60,395 bases of DNA, taken from a virus (lineage: Duplodnaviria; Caudoviricetes). The stretch lies in IMG/VR virus record IMGVR_UViG_3300025647_000037, positions 1 through 60,395 of that record, one strand, 5' to 3'. Below are positions 19,101-28,155 of the stretch, in pieces. A program made the position numbers and the translations under genes. Below the pieces are notes generated by a model, which searched no databases, was not told where the DNA came from, and saw only the letters and a list, made by a program, of their open reading frames with translations. The first letter of the stretch is position 1, and each line of letters begins with the position of its first letter.

Positions 19101-21791
19101 AACGAATTTCAGGATAACCAAGATACTCCTCTGACTTCACCGCAAGCATTTGTAAACTTCAGCTCCTCGATGGTCGATGGTGAGGGTGGCATTGGTGGAT
19201 GGAAGGGATCTCTTTCTGCTACAGCCAATCAGTATGCTGGCGTCTCTAGGAACGGAGCCTTCTTCAACCCTGGTGTAGGTGAGTCTGAGTGGAATGATCT
19301 GTATCAATCTTACCTGTCTCAAGGTCTTGACGGGTACGAGCAGCCAGAACTCAGCTTCACCACGGAGGAGGTCGACGAAGCATTTAGAAGGTTCACTGGC
19401 AAGATAGAGGGTAGCGTCCCTAGCAGCATAGTGATCAATGGAACTTGGGGGGTTGGAGTGAGGATCGTTGTTGACACCTATCTAAAGGACACAGGATCGG
19501 GGTATCTGTCTCCACTAGGAGACAACTCAAATGGAGACCTAGAGTTTTTCCTTGCGACTGTTTATGCAGCTCAATCAGATTCGTCGTTTTTTAGCAGATA
19601 CTCCGAGCAGCCGTTCTACCCACCTGACAAGGCCTTTGGAGGTCCGACGCTGCTGGGATTTCACTTTCCTTTCCAGTACCTGTTCCCTGGGATTCTAAGG
19701 CCGAACACCAGGATGTCTTCCACAATAGACAATTGTGAGCTACTGGGTAAGCCTAACGGCACCGATCAAGACCTCGCTCCAATTGTTAACTCTGTAATTC
19801 AGGGGTATAGCCAGCTCGGTAGTTATGACATAGATAACGGAGTGAGTAGGCTTGTGAGCACAGCTCCTGGTTACTTGACGATCAACAGCGACGCATCGCT
19901 TCAAGATGAAAGGCCTTCGGCAGTTGAAATTCTCTCAGAGAACACCTTTGTCGTTCAAGGTAATGAGTTTGAATCCTCTTACAAGAGCTTCAAGAGATAT
20001 GCAAACCACAACCTAGGGATACTTTATTATGACTACTTCGGTAGGCCTGGGTCTGTCCTACCATTTGATCCAGTGTATGTGGGTGGATACGGCCAGGATG
20101 TTAACAACGGAAAGACTTCTATTAAGGTCACGTTTGACACCGAGGCGCCACCAGACTGGGCTCACAGCTACAGGTTCGTTTATGGTGGCAACAGCTCAAT
20201 CAGTGACTTCATACAGTACACTGCAGGCGGAGCCTTCATAGGGTATCAGGCTTTTGATGGCACAACCGAAGAGACGGAGGCAAACATATACGTGTCATTG
20301 AACTACCTGCAGGAAAACTCTGACGTGTCTTACACCAAAGCCTTTGGAGCTGTATCAAATGCCAACGAGGACTTCCTGTACAGGTACAGTCCAGGAGACA
20401 AGCTAAGGATTATATCGTACTTCGATGGTGACGACATAGACACCAGACAGTTCCCAGTAAACTACGAGTTCGACATACTTGATGTTGTAACCCTTGACGA
20501 CAACTCTCAAAACCCAATACACAACCCTAACGACGGTACGGTGCCTAAGTTCAAGAGGGGACAGTTCCTAGTTCTTAAGAACAATCCGTTGGCATCAGGG
20601 TTCACGTATGGTTCTGTCAAGGCTGGAGGTAACGCAGAAAGCACACAGTCTCACAGGTGGAACAACAGGGCTGTGGTTGAGATCTACACGCCAAGGGCGC
20701 TGAGGGATTCTGACGAGATTCTGTACAGAGAGATAGGTCCATCTTATGATCTATACGACTCAGGTGGTGGTGCTGCGGTTCATGCGGCTGCCTCTCACGT
20801 CGTGACTGATGGGGATGTGTGGTTCAGAAGCGCAGCGCTAAACATGCCAGCCTTTCAGGGCAACAAGTTTGCCAACATAATTAAAGGCAGCACAGGCTCT
20901 AACCCAAGGTTCAGGGATTACTACGTGGAGTCGTTCAGATTCACAGACTCGTTCCCTAACACCAGAGTTTCTGGAAAGGGCAAGCCGTTCATATACTCGC
21001 CAGATGCTAGACAACTCAACAAGTCGTCTTCAATCATCTTCTCTGACATCAACGCTAGGTCGTCCAAGTACAACAGATTCTCCACGTTCGACGCAACGAC
21101 AGCGAATTTCAAGAACATACCCAACGATCATGGGTCAATTCAGATGATCATCAAGGATGGAGATTCACTTGCCGCGTTTCAGGAGTCTAAGATGAGTATG
21201 CTTCCAGTAAACAGAAGTGTTTTGTCGGATGCATCGAACAGCGCCACGCTGTTAGCATCGTCTCAAACAATTGGAAACCAAGTATTTGTACCTGGAAACT
21301 ATGGTGTTGGAACTAACCCAGAGTCTGTCCTCTACGTCGATGGATTCATCTACTTCGCCAACCCAAAGAGAGGGGAGTTGTATCGATACGCTCCATCTAG
21401 GGGCGTCGAGGTCATCTCTGATTCTGGTATGAAGGACTATTTCAACAACCTGTTCGCTAACGTCAACGAGAGCAGCAAGGTTGTTTCTGGATTCGACTAC
21501 AAGAACTCAGAGTACTTGATGGACTTCCTTGAGTACACTGACGCTATAGCTTACAACAAGGGACAAGAGCCAGTTGAGCCTTCTCTTCCAGCAGCCCCAG
21601 CAGCCAGGTCTAGTAAGAGTATGATCGGTCAACCGCTCGTGGTTACAAGAAAGCCTAAGACTGTCAAGCCTGCTAACTACAACACTAAGAGTACATCAGT
21701 GAAGCCAATAAGTGCTGCAACGAGAAAGGCTCTTAATAAGTTGGCTGGGAGACTCTTGCCCTCGGCAAGAAGATCAAACAGGTCTTACTGA
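16149..21791 (+). CDS. Tail tubular B / stabilisation-type protein, N-terminal part with large insertion
   Basis: D.RLV..DQY.DA.NIRV, FAYQNIY..GE.SA.S, RLFYGNY.EG, LGILYYDYFGR, PDWA..Y, HGSIQ, YGVG.NPES; 1880 aa. Confidence 0.75.
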   Translation: MINKVTPRKRNSETDKRLVAPDQYTDAINIRVENSFSESGENASGNVGVVKPVRGNEVANISLEDNMVGYDILGRVLDVPTNCLYFAAANPNANLNGVFKVDPSTSEISPIVQTNYFGWSAGPLGEGLPHVDMCLARDKNDNVIIYMTDGVNAPYKVDVNFHQDNSTISGEQLYDAITVCQLTPHQPISAQFTSSASGKPSNFKRINGVQFAYQNIYETGEISAVSSYSKLLVPPPYLEQGAGDLSQLDAYDTIEITIPAQPSSVESVRLLVRFGESDPFYVIDELASNGSAITKSFDNDEVLNTLPEKESNRLYDAVPIKALTNEIQEDRLFYGNYTEGRYNTLTADNTATTTATLTVEYAERPNDFKSLAIDVEPMVLRLDKDDGLLTKVGISEGSDESYYCKNRIAGFRVKLQGGVDETIEAGSIFSFDLTFQPDKNWHLYESSSSFHGNNELYGFNPSDADHKFASNFNYKYLSSQSNFGSGSVNLDAGNTTATNAEFYWPRSAYGFPGVSPSNGSLNNAPRRALSDVLFADEEPAKWIPKTGPYKNQAMECIYGASPASPVILRGGDIYFSVRFKTNVDMSASEAVKKLAEILSESSGIDPEIEVLREITRGGYQIDLGVGADAKKRFSRTDSFSDLVCQVGLKNIYGAGDDTYLDDNILGGGDMKPCGFFAVNKADLEFRLRDLSSVPPHTSTFLSEGSDSDSDSYFLAIDLSSIKNVELVTCVPVFEHETSGFDWFNAFDYRPFSNENNLDLKASLRYAVAYGFDGNNEETNYINFVREYQIDGEPTLGNGVWQGNATQTKLVGEDVSNDALHVLSHNTTVHGWVAHGVNIQTPQDFRLTESEAKNLFYSLYIPAADNSIGSIYNAASGATTTIANVYHLMANWGLNEFSATNILAEGNGVGALQELADSNTLNAISPMTMWFGRLSTPGTPAGSGGDDGNGNDGQSGGARLSIKLPYEENPLFRTFDDYVAKLNANNEFQDNQDTPLTSPQAFVNFSSSMVDGEGGIGGWKGSLSATANQYAGVSRNGAFFNPGVGESEWNDLYQSYLSQGLDGYEQPELSFTTEEVDEAFRRFTGKIEGSVPSSIVINGTWGVGVRIVVDTYLKDTGSGYLSPLGDNSNGDLEFFLATVYAAQSDSSFFSRYSEQPFYPPDKAFGGPTLLGFHFPFQYLFPGILRPNTRMSSTIDNCELLGKPNGTDQDLAPIVNSVIQGYSQLGSYDIDNGVSRLVSTAPGYLTINSDASLQDERPSAVEILSENTFVVQGNEFESSYKSFKRYANHNLGILYYDYFGRPGSVLPFDPVYVGGYGQDVNNGKTSIKVTFDTEAPPDWAHSYRFVYGGNSSISDFIQYTAGGAFIGYQAFDGTTEETEANIYVSLNYLQENSDVSYTKAFGAVSNANEDFLYRYSPGDKLRIISYFDGDDIDTRQFPVNYEFDILDVVTLDDNSQNPIHNPNDGTVPKFKRGQFLVLKNNPLASGFTYGSVKAGGNAESTQSHRWNNRAVVEIYTPRALRDSDEILYREIGPSYDLYDSGGGAAVHAAASHVVTDGDVWFRSAALNMPAFQGNKFANIIKGSTGSNPRFRDYYVESFRFTDSFPNTRVSGKGKPFIYSPDARQLNKSSSIIFSDINARSSKYNRFSTFDATTANFKNIPNDHGSIQMIIKDGDSLAAFQESKMSMLPVNRSVLSDASNSATLLASSQTIGNQVFVPGNYGVGTNPESVLYVDGFIYFANPKRGELYRYAPSRGVEVISDSGMKDYFNNLFANVNESSKVVSGFDYKNSEYLMDFLEYTDAIAYNKGQEPVEPSLPAAPAARSSKSMIGQPLVVTRKPKTVKPANYNTKSTSVKPISAATRKALNKLAGRLLPSARRSNRSY

Positions 21792-21807
21792 CAAAGACAG
21801 ATACAAG

Positions 21808-24363
21808 ATGATAATATCGTTCGGACATAATGACGGTGAGTGGAAATCTAAGTACTCTTTCACGCCGAAGAGTATGATGAACAGTGCCACTGAGCTCTTC
21901 TCTAAGGCTGACGATGTGGCCATACACATTCACAACAAGGGTGATATAAACTCCTTCTACGATCAGGTCAGCAGCTCAGCCATTGCGGTGGCGTTCAACG
22001 ACAACCCATCGTCGAACAAGATCTTCAAGACGATCTCAATAGAAGGGTCCGAGCCGATATCAACCAGGCTACACAACTTCACGCCTAAGAAGTCAACAGA
22101 CCTACCTCTACAGAACAACTTCGTGTCGACCACAGAGGGACAGGTTAGGGGCGGGATAATCTACCACGGACTAGAGAAGTCCAGTGAATTGAGAAACGGA
22201 GCGACGATGCACTACGTTGGTGAGATATCTAACGTTTCTCAAGATGGAAACCTGGAAAACGGGCTGCAGGTAACCTTGGATAACACGTCCAGCGACTACA
22301 TCCCAACCTATGATGCAGTCTATGCAGTTTATTTGCCAGACACCAACGAGTTTTACTTCGGCGAGTCGGACATTACCCAGGAAGATCTGTCAATTTGCGA
22401 CATAATCAGCCTGTTTGTGTTGACAAGCTCCTATGACGTCTCGACTGGCGTTGATGATGATGGTGTGATAGACTCCATAACAGTTTCTATACCAGTCATT
22501 CCGAACTCCGATCCGTCTGACATCTCTGTAAGAGCAGTTAAAAACCTTGAACCCATAGAGGGGGTGCTGAACTTTCAAGCTAACAACATATACTCTTGGA
22601 CCATTCAGCTTCCAGATATTGACTCAAGGATTGGTACGTGGAATGTGCAAATAGATGCCGTAGATGAATCGGGTCAGCCATGCGGTTTGACAAGCCTAGG
22701 CTCCATCTCTATCTTACCGCCAAAGCCTCAGGACGATGAAGGTGACGGTCCAGAACCAGTAAGCTGTGAGGAATTTGTCAGTCAAGATTTTTCAGTGGAG
22801 TACGGATGGCTTTTGCCGACTGAAGGTATTACAGGCCAAGTTCAAATTTCTGACGAGTATGTTCAGAACCAAGGTGCGCTGTTGGTAGGCTTTGATTCTT
22901 CGCTCGGAACATCTCCATACAGCTCTGCGTTAATTGAAGTCGAAAGCGGAGCTACCGTATATCCAGAAGCTCAGAACGGATCGTCTAATGGTAATCTTAC
23001 GACATTCACTTTCTTAAACATTCCAGACGGAGTGTACAGGCTGTACGTCATAGACTCAAACACATCGCCTGATGGTTTTTCTCAGGTCGAAATTTCAGGA
23101 GTTACTGGGTGCATATATGAGAGCGACATTTTCGACTTCACTGGCGAACCTCCATCCACCCTCCCTACATGTGAGGAGCTTGAGAGCTACATACTTCAAA
23201 ACTCGACTCCAGGCGCAGCGGCGGGTGGTGTTGGCAACGGCTTCACCTACACCATCGACTTAGGAGAAGATTTATTTAATCAATTTCCTACTGAACAAGC
23301 ATGGGCAGAATTTAATACCCAGCTTGTTGTCGTTGGAAATGTTTTTTACAATGCGGACGGATCACAGTTCGTCGACAGCCTCGGTCTTGATGGGTATGTA
23401 GCGAAAGCTGGTACCTTTTCTCCGACAGGAGCTTCGGCAATTGAGTTATTTGCAGGTGCATTCGGTGGAGTTCCAGACGGAGATTATTACTTTGATATTG
23501 CATACGGCGTCGACGGTCAGACTTGCCCGCCAACACGGATAAACTTCACCCTTTCTGACAACGGTGGAACTGGTACCGTGACAGACCCAACTGACTTTAT
23601 CCCCCGCTTTGGAAGTTATTGGGTGGGACGACTCTTTGACACAGACTACAACGGTCAAATAGGGACAAGCGACCTACTGACTTTTCTGTCTTCATTTGGC
23701 CAAACCTTAGATCCAAACGATCCATTCGATCCCGTTTATGGCGTTCAAAAAGGTAGCGACTCGAACTACGACGGCAGTGTTAGCGCGGCTGATCTGCTAA
23801 ATATATTGTCTTCTTTTGGCCTGGCTGATGAGAATCACTTAGGGCCAGGAAGCCTTAAGTATCCAGATCTTGGAGAATCTTTGGAGGCGTACGTTGGCCC
23901 AGACGAGCTCATAAACCCAACATACTTCTTTGACGATTTTGGTAACTTAATCCAAGGAGCTCCTAATCCAAATGACTTCGGTCCAGTTGAGGGATCTGTT
24001 GAGTTTCAGCAGCAAAATCAAAGGTCATTAAAAATGGTGGATGGCCTAGTAAGCTTTGCCGATCTGAATAACTTGGTCGGCTTGAATCCTTCGCTAACTC
24101 CACCGCAGGCAGGCACCTTTCCAGCAGTGAGTGCTAACAATCCATCTCAGTACTTTATCCAAACCCTTTCATCTGGGGCGCTTCAGTATATGCAGAACCT
24201 TCCAGCCAACGCTCAGCTGTACGCCTTCAAGAATCCAGAGGTGTACGGTGACGACCTAAGGGGCCAGACGGCAGAGATGTTGTTGGATCTTGGGTCAGAA
24301 GATTTTGAGCTGTTCGCTGTCAATCTAAACTATGAGCTAGTAAACGCCGACCACACCAGGTGA
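21808..24363 (+). CDS. Tail protein (C-terminal part of tubular B-like protein) with Ig-like and dockerin-like insertions
   Basis: Likely ATG 21808; WKSKYSF.P, NSFY, FNDNPSSNKIFKTISIEG, C-terminal GDDLRG...FELFAVN; duplicated Ca-loop DxDYNG.IG..DLL motif. Confidence 0.65.
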   Translation: MIISFGHNDGEWKSKYSFTPKSMMNSATELFSKADDVAIHIHNKGDINSFYDQVSSSAIAVAFNDNPSSNKIFKTISIEGSEPISTRLHNFTPKKSTDLPLQNNFVSTTEGQVRGGIIYHGLEKSSELRNGATMHYVGEISNVSQDGNLENGLQVTLDNTSSDYIPTYDAVYAVYLPDTNEFYFGESDITQEDLSICDIISLFVLTSSYDVSTGVDDDGVIDSITVSIPVIPNSDPSDISVRAVKNLEPIEGVLNFQANNIYSWTIQLPDIDSRIGTWNVQIDAVDESGQPCGLTSLGSISILPPKPQDDEGDGPEPVSCEEFVSQDFSVEYGWLLPTEGITGQVQISDEYVQNQGALLVGFDSSLGTSPYSSALIEVESGATVYPEAQNGSSNGNLTTFTFLNIPDGVYRLYVIDSNTSPDGFSQVEISGVTGCIYESDIFDFTGEPPSTLPTCEELESYILQNSTPGAAAGGVGNGFTYTIDLGEDLFNQFPTEQAWAEFNTQLVVVGNVFYNADGSQFVDSLGLDGYVAKAGTFSPTGASAIELFAGAFGGVPDGDYYFDIAYGVDGQTCPPTRINFTLSDNGGTGTVTDPTDFIPRFGSYWVGRLFDTDYNGQIGTSDLLTFLSSFGQTLDPNDPFDPVYGVQKGSDSNYDGSVSAADLLNILSSFGLADENHLGPGSLKYPDLGESLEAYVGPDELINPTYFFDDFGNLIQGAPNPNDFGPVEGSVEFQQQNQRSLKMVDGLVSFADLNNLVGLNPSLTPPQAGTFPAVSANNPSQYFIQTLSSGALQYMQNLPANAQLYAFKNPEVYGDDLRGQTAEMLLDLGSEDFELFAVNLNYELVNADHTR

Positions 24364-24370
24364 TATTGAT

Positions 24371-24378
24371 TAAATTTG
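24371..24378 (+). promoter_or_regulatory. -7 box TAAATTTG, 5 nt before ATG 24384
   Basis: Exact TAnnTTTG. Confidence 0.7.
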
Positions 24379-24383
24379 CAACC

Positions 24384-25376
24384 ATGAGATCATTAAAAGA
24401 CCAGAAAAAAGTAAGGATGTACCAGGACGGTGGGTTCCTTGGCAACGTGCTTGGTGATGTTAGCGGAGGCGATCTACTCAACGTCGGGATGTCTATCTAT
24501 TCTGGCATACGGGCGGGCAAGCAGGCAAAAGAGCAGAAAGATTACTACCAGGGTCTGGCGGCAAGCGAGGCTGACAAGTACAAGCAGGCAGAGGGGTTGT
24601 ACAACAGAACCCTTCAGGATCTCATGAACACAGAGAAGTACGGTAAGGAGGAGTTCGAGATGGGTCCAGAGGCAGCCGAGGCTAGGGACGCTGTCAACAG
24701 AGCTGCCGAGATGATGGTCGACAACGCCAGAGAGAAGGGTGAGCAAGACACAGCCTCCATCCTCAACGTGCTTGACGGAGGGGATCCAGCTCAAGCAGCT
24801 CTGGCCATAAGTCAACTTGATGACATCAGCGGAGGAGTTTCCGAGGCTGAGCAGAAGGCGGCCATGATGTCCAACCAGGCCAACCAAGCGTACGGTGCTG
24901 AGGCGTCACGGATCAGAGAGAACAACGTGGGGGTAAGAAACGACAACAGGGCAAGACTCGCTGCCCTTGCAGGACTTGAGATGCAACGAGGTGCCGCAGG
25001 CATGGATGACACCAGACAGATACAGGCTGAGATGACAGCCGCTGGAATAGATCCAGCCATGGAAGGACTGGCCACTGGCATGTCCACTTACCAGTCTTTC
25101 GCTGAGGACGGCCTCAAGGTGCCAGATGACTTTCAGTTTGTAGGCAGAGAGGGTGGTATGTCTTCATCCACCACTGACGGGAGAAAGTTTTCACACGACG
25201 AAAACCCAATCCACATGATCGACAAGGATGGTCAGAAGGTTGGTGAGCTCACTGGAGGCGAAGGCATTCTCAATCCAAAGCACTTTGGAACCATCAAGGG
25301 GTTCATCGAGGACAAGAATCCTCGTGGGCTCTTCAACTTCCTTGACGAGCTTCTCTCTCAACCAAGATTTCAATAA
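24384..25376 (+). CDS. Internal virion / ejection protein
   Basis: Start re-set to ATG 24384; YQDGG then Gly-rich segment, Ala/Gln helical body, C-terminal FSHDENP...ELTGGE domain. Confidence 0.65.
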   Translation: MRSLKDQKKVRMYQDGGFLGNVLGDVSGGDLLNVGMSIYSGIRAGKQAKEQKDYYQGLAASEADKYKQAEGLYNRTLQDLMNTEKYGKEEFEMGPEAAEARDAVNRAAEMMVDNAREKGEQDTASILNVLDGGDPAQAALAISQLDDISGGVSEAEQKAAMMSNQANQAYGAEASRIRENNVGVRNDNRARLAALAGLEMQRGAAGMDDTRQIQAEMTAAGIDPAMEGLATGMSTYQSFAEDGLKVPDDFQFVGREGGMSSSTTDGRKFSHDENPIHMIDKDGQKVGELTGGEGILNPKHFGTIKGFIEDKNPRGLFNFLDELLSQPRFQ

Positions 25377-25378
25377 GC

Positions 25379-28099
25379 ATGGCTCAAGAGTTCAACATTC
25401 AATTTCCATCTAAAGGACAGGGGGGTCTGCCTCAGCCGCTGCAGACAGGCAAGAGTGCGCAGGAGAGGATCATAGGTGCTGCTCAGATACGACAGCAAAG
25501 GCTGAACGAGAAGAGAAGGAGAATTGAAAGAGCTCAGCAGATTGACAGACAGGACCTGCAGGCTACAGCTGGGTACGATGTTGGATCTCTTGCAGACTCT
25601 TTGAGACCGCTGTTTCAGCAAGACGTTCAGGAGGTCAGGGACTTAATCTTGAAGAGCGACGACATAGTGGCTCAACAGCAAGCCCTTAACGAGCTGGCCT
25701 CTACGTGGCAGTGGATGAGCGATCACAACAACGAGACCGTCCAGGCCGCGAGGAAGGCGCAGAAGGGTGTTGCGTTCTCAGACCCAGCACAGCAGAGGGC
25801 TGCGTCAGCAGGCCTTGACGTCGGCATGGAGTTCGATGAGGACCCAACGCACTTCGCAGAGGTGGAGATGAAGTTTAACAACTTCTTTGATCCATCCAAG
25901 GCGAGAAAGATGGACGGTGTCTGGAAGGTTGAAAAAGAACCTGGCGTATTCGTTGACATCAGAGAGCTTGAGGAGTATGGTAATGCAGAGATCTACACTC
26001 CTAGAACTAAGAACGTTGATGTCGGCACGATCACGGACTGGGCTACGGATCAAAACATCCAGCGCGTAGTAAACCTTGACGGAGAGTACAGCGAGGACAG
26101 GGCCAAGCAACTCTATCAGGAGCAGGTGAGGCTCAAGAACAAGGACGGTAAGACGCACAGGGCTCAGATACTTGTGACATTGAACCAGAGAGGGTTGTCT
26201 CCATTCATCAATCCAGAGCAGGAGAGAGCGTTCATCGAGGGAGTACCTATGAACAAGGAGGACGAAAGCTTTGACCGCATGTTCGCCGAGGCTGTCGATA
26301 TGGGGGAGCAGATCTTTATGTCCTCTGTGGCGGGCAAGCCCAAGCCTAGCCAGCAAGAGACAATGAAGAACAGATTCATGGAGTCTGGTCAGCAGACCCA
26401 GTTCTCTGACGACAGTGGTTTTGCTCACACAGGAACGGTGAGATCTTTGTCTGGGGTTGGCGAGATGGTTATTCAAGACGAAGCTGGCAGCGCGATCAAG
26501 GTCACACCCACTCATGTTTATGTTGACGAGAACAACACCCCGTACCTGGAGTACGCTTCTATGAGCGAAACTGGTGACCAAAGAAGCCACGTTGTACCGC
26601 TTGAAGGCAAGGCTCTTGCCGAGATTGACTTGGCCCTGAGAACCAAGCACAACGTCTCGATCTCAGATCTGTACACGGAGAAGAAAGAGGGTGAGCAGAA
26701 GACTGGTGCTGGCATGCTGGATGACATAGGTGTTCAGGAGGCTCCTGAGGGGTCTACAATCATCTCAAATCAGAAGGATGTGGTTGAGGTCCAGGACACA
26801 CCAGAAGTCATCCAGGAGGCCACCGCAGAGGCTGCATCAGAGACGCCAGAGCCAGTGAAGGAGTCTGGAGTTATGACGTCTGGAGTGAGACTACCTATTG
26901 ATTCCCCTCTAGTGACCATGGATACCACCATGAAACAGCCAAGCTCAAGGAGCGGGGTGTTCGATAAGGTAGCCCAAGAGCAGGCGAAGCTGGGTAGCCT
27001 TGGCCTGAACAGGGGTCAGCTGGCTGAGTTCTTCTCCATTCCGTCTGTTAACAACAAGATCAAAGAGCTTGGGCTTGATACGACTACGGTTGGTCAGGAC
27101 AGACCTCTGATCGGTGGAGCTCTTGAGACTGTCTTCGGGGGTCTTGGATACAAGACAGCTGTCACAAAGAACGCTGAGAAGGTTTTGGCATTCCTTGACT
27201 CTGAAGAGGGTATGGACATGCAAAGAAAGTACATGCTAATGGGAGCTCCTGGTCAAGCGCAAGATGGCGCCATGGATGTCTACCCTACTGAACCTACAGC
27301 AGTTCCAGAGATGCCAACTCAGGGTCCAGGGCAACAAGGTATGTCACCGTCAACAGCTCAAGAGGCTGCAGACATGGCAGCGCCACCAGTAGTCCAACCA
27401 CCTCAGCAGCCACCCGTTGTAGAGGAGCCACCAATCAGACGAATGTTTACCATCACCCCAGAGGCGCTCACGTCTGGGCAGAAGGCCATGGTGTCAGGAC
27501 TCGTCAGCGAGGGAGCTTCGGAGCCTGTCGCTACGGCGATCACGTCCGTAACTGAGAAGGAGTCTAAGGGCAAGCACGACGCAGTGGAGAAGTCGTACGA
27601 GAGCAGTTCTCCAGACAGGATCAGAGAGATCTTCAGCAGAGCAAGAGGCTTGAGTGACGCAGAGATCAACAGGCTCAAGGCCAAGCCAGAGGAGTTCTTT
27701 GAGTTCGTATACGGGGGGCGCATGGGTAACAACGAGCCTGGAGATGGATACAAGTTCCGAGGCAGAGGTTTGATTCAGTTGACTGGAAAGGACAACTACG
27801 CGGATGCGAGCCTTGCTGTCTTTGGCGATGACACGCTGATTCAGAACCCAGACCTGATTGTTAAGAACCCAGAGGTTGCAGCTCAAGTCGCAAACTGGTA
27901 CTTGATGTCCAGAGGTCTTGAGCAGTACATCCCAGCAGATACGCTGTCAAACCCTAACCCTTCAGAGCAGGAAATCCAACAGATTCTCGATGCGACGTAT
28001 GCGATCGTAGCTGGGGTGTCACCAGACGAGGTGCAAGGACGCCCTCTGTACCAGCAGGGAATGGGCAAGATGCAGACCTGGTTGACTGGAAGTCGCTAA
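25379..28099 (+). CDS. Internal virion protein with C-terminal GH19 (chitinase/lysozyme-like) domain
   Basis: KES...YGGRMGN..PGDGYKFRGRGLIQLTGKDNY...NPDLI...AA.VA.WY. Confidence 0.8.
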   Translation: MAQEFNIQFPSKGQGGLPQPLQTGKSAQERIIGAAQIRQQRLNEKRRRIERAQQIDRQDLQATAGYDVGSLADSLRPLFQQDVQEVRDLILKSDDIVAQQQALNELASTWQWMSDHNNETVQAARKAQKGVAFSDPAQQRAASAGLDVGMEFDEDPTHFAEVEMKFNNFFDPSKARKMDGVWKVEKEPGVFVDIRELEEYGNAEIYTPRTKNVDVGTITDWATDQNIQRVVNLDGEYSEDRAKQLYQEQVRLKNKDGKTHRAQILVTLNQRGLSPFINPEQERAFIEGVPMNKEDESFDRMFAEAVDMGEQIFMSSVAGKPKPSQQETMKNRFMESGQQTQFSDDSGFAHTGTVRSLSGVGEMVIQDEAGSAIKVTPTHVYVDENNTPYLEYASMSETGDQRSHVVPLEGKALAEIDLALRTKHNVSISDLYTEKKEGEQKTGAGMLDDIGVQEAPEGSTIISNQKDVVEVQDTPEVIQEATAEAASETPEPVKESGVMTSGVRLPIDSPLVTMDTTMKQPSSRSGVFDKVAQEQAKLGSLGLNRGQLAEFFSIPSVNNKIKELGLDTTTVGQDRPLIGGALETVFGGLGYKTAVTKNAEKVLAFLDSEEGMDMQRKYMLMGAPGQAQDGAMDVYPTEPTAVPEMPTQGPGQQGMSPSTAQEAADMAAPPVVQPPQQPPVVEEPPIRRMFTITPEALTSGQKAMVSGLVSEGASEPVATAITSVTEKESKGKHDAVEKSYESSSPDRIREIFSRARGLSDAEINRLKAKPEEFFEFVYGGRMGNNEPGDGYKFRGRGLIQLTGKDNYADASLAVFGDDTLIQNPDLIVKNPEVAAQVANWYLMSRGLEQYIPADTLSNPNPSEQEIQQILDATYAIVAGVSPDEVQGRPLYQQGMGKMQTWLTGSR

Positions 28100-28117
28100 T
28101 ACCTAGTTGGAATGGGG

Positions 28118-28125
28118 TATATTTG
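28118..28125 (+). promoter_or_regulatory. -7 box TATATTTG upstream of giant protein
   Basis: Exact consensus in intergenic gap. Confidence 0.7.
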
Positions 28126-28155
28126 CAAGTGAGTGCAACTCGCTAGCATTTATAC

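Noticed and set aside
21712-21807. Programmed +1 frameshift joining the two tail ORFs
   Set aside because: TAC-TGA-C allows no tRNA re-pairing in +1 and an in-frame ATG with an A-rich leader exists at 21808; kept only as a split-gene finding
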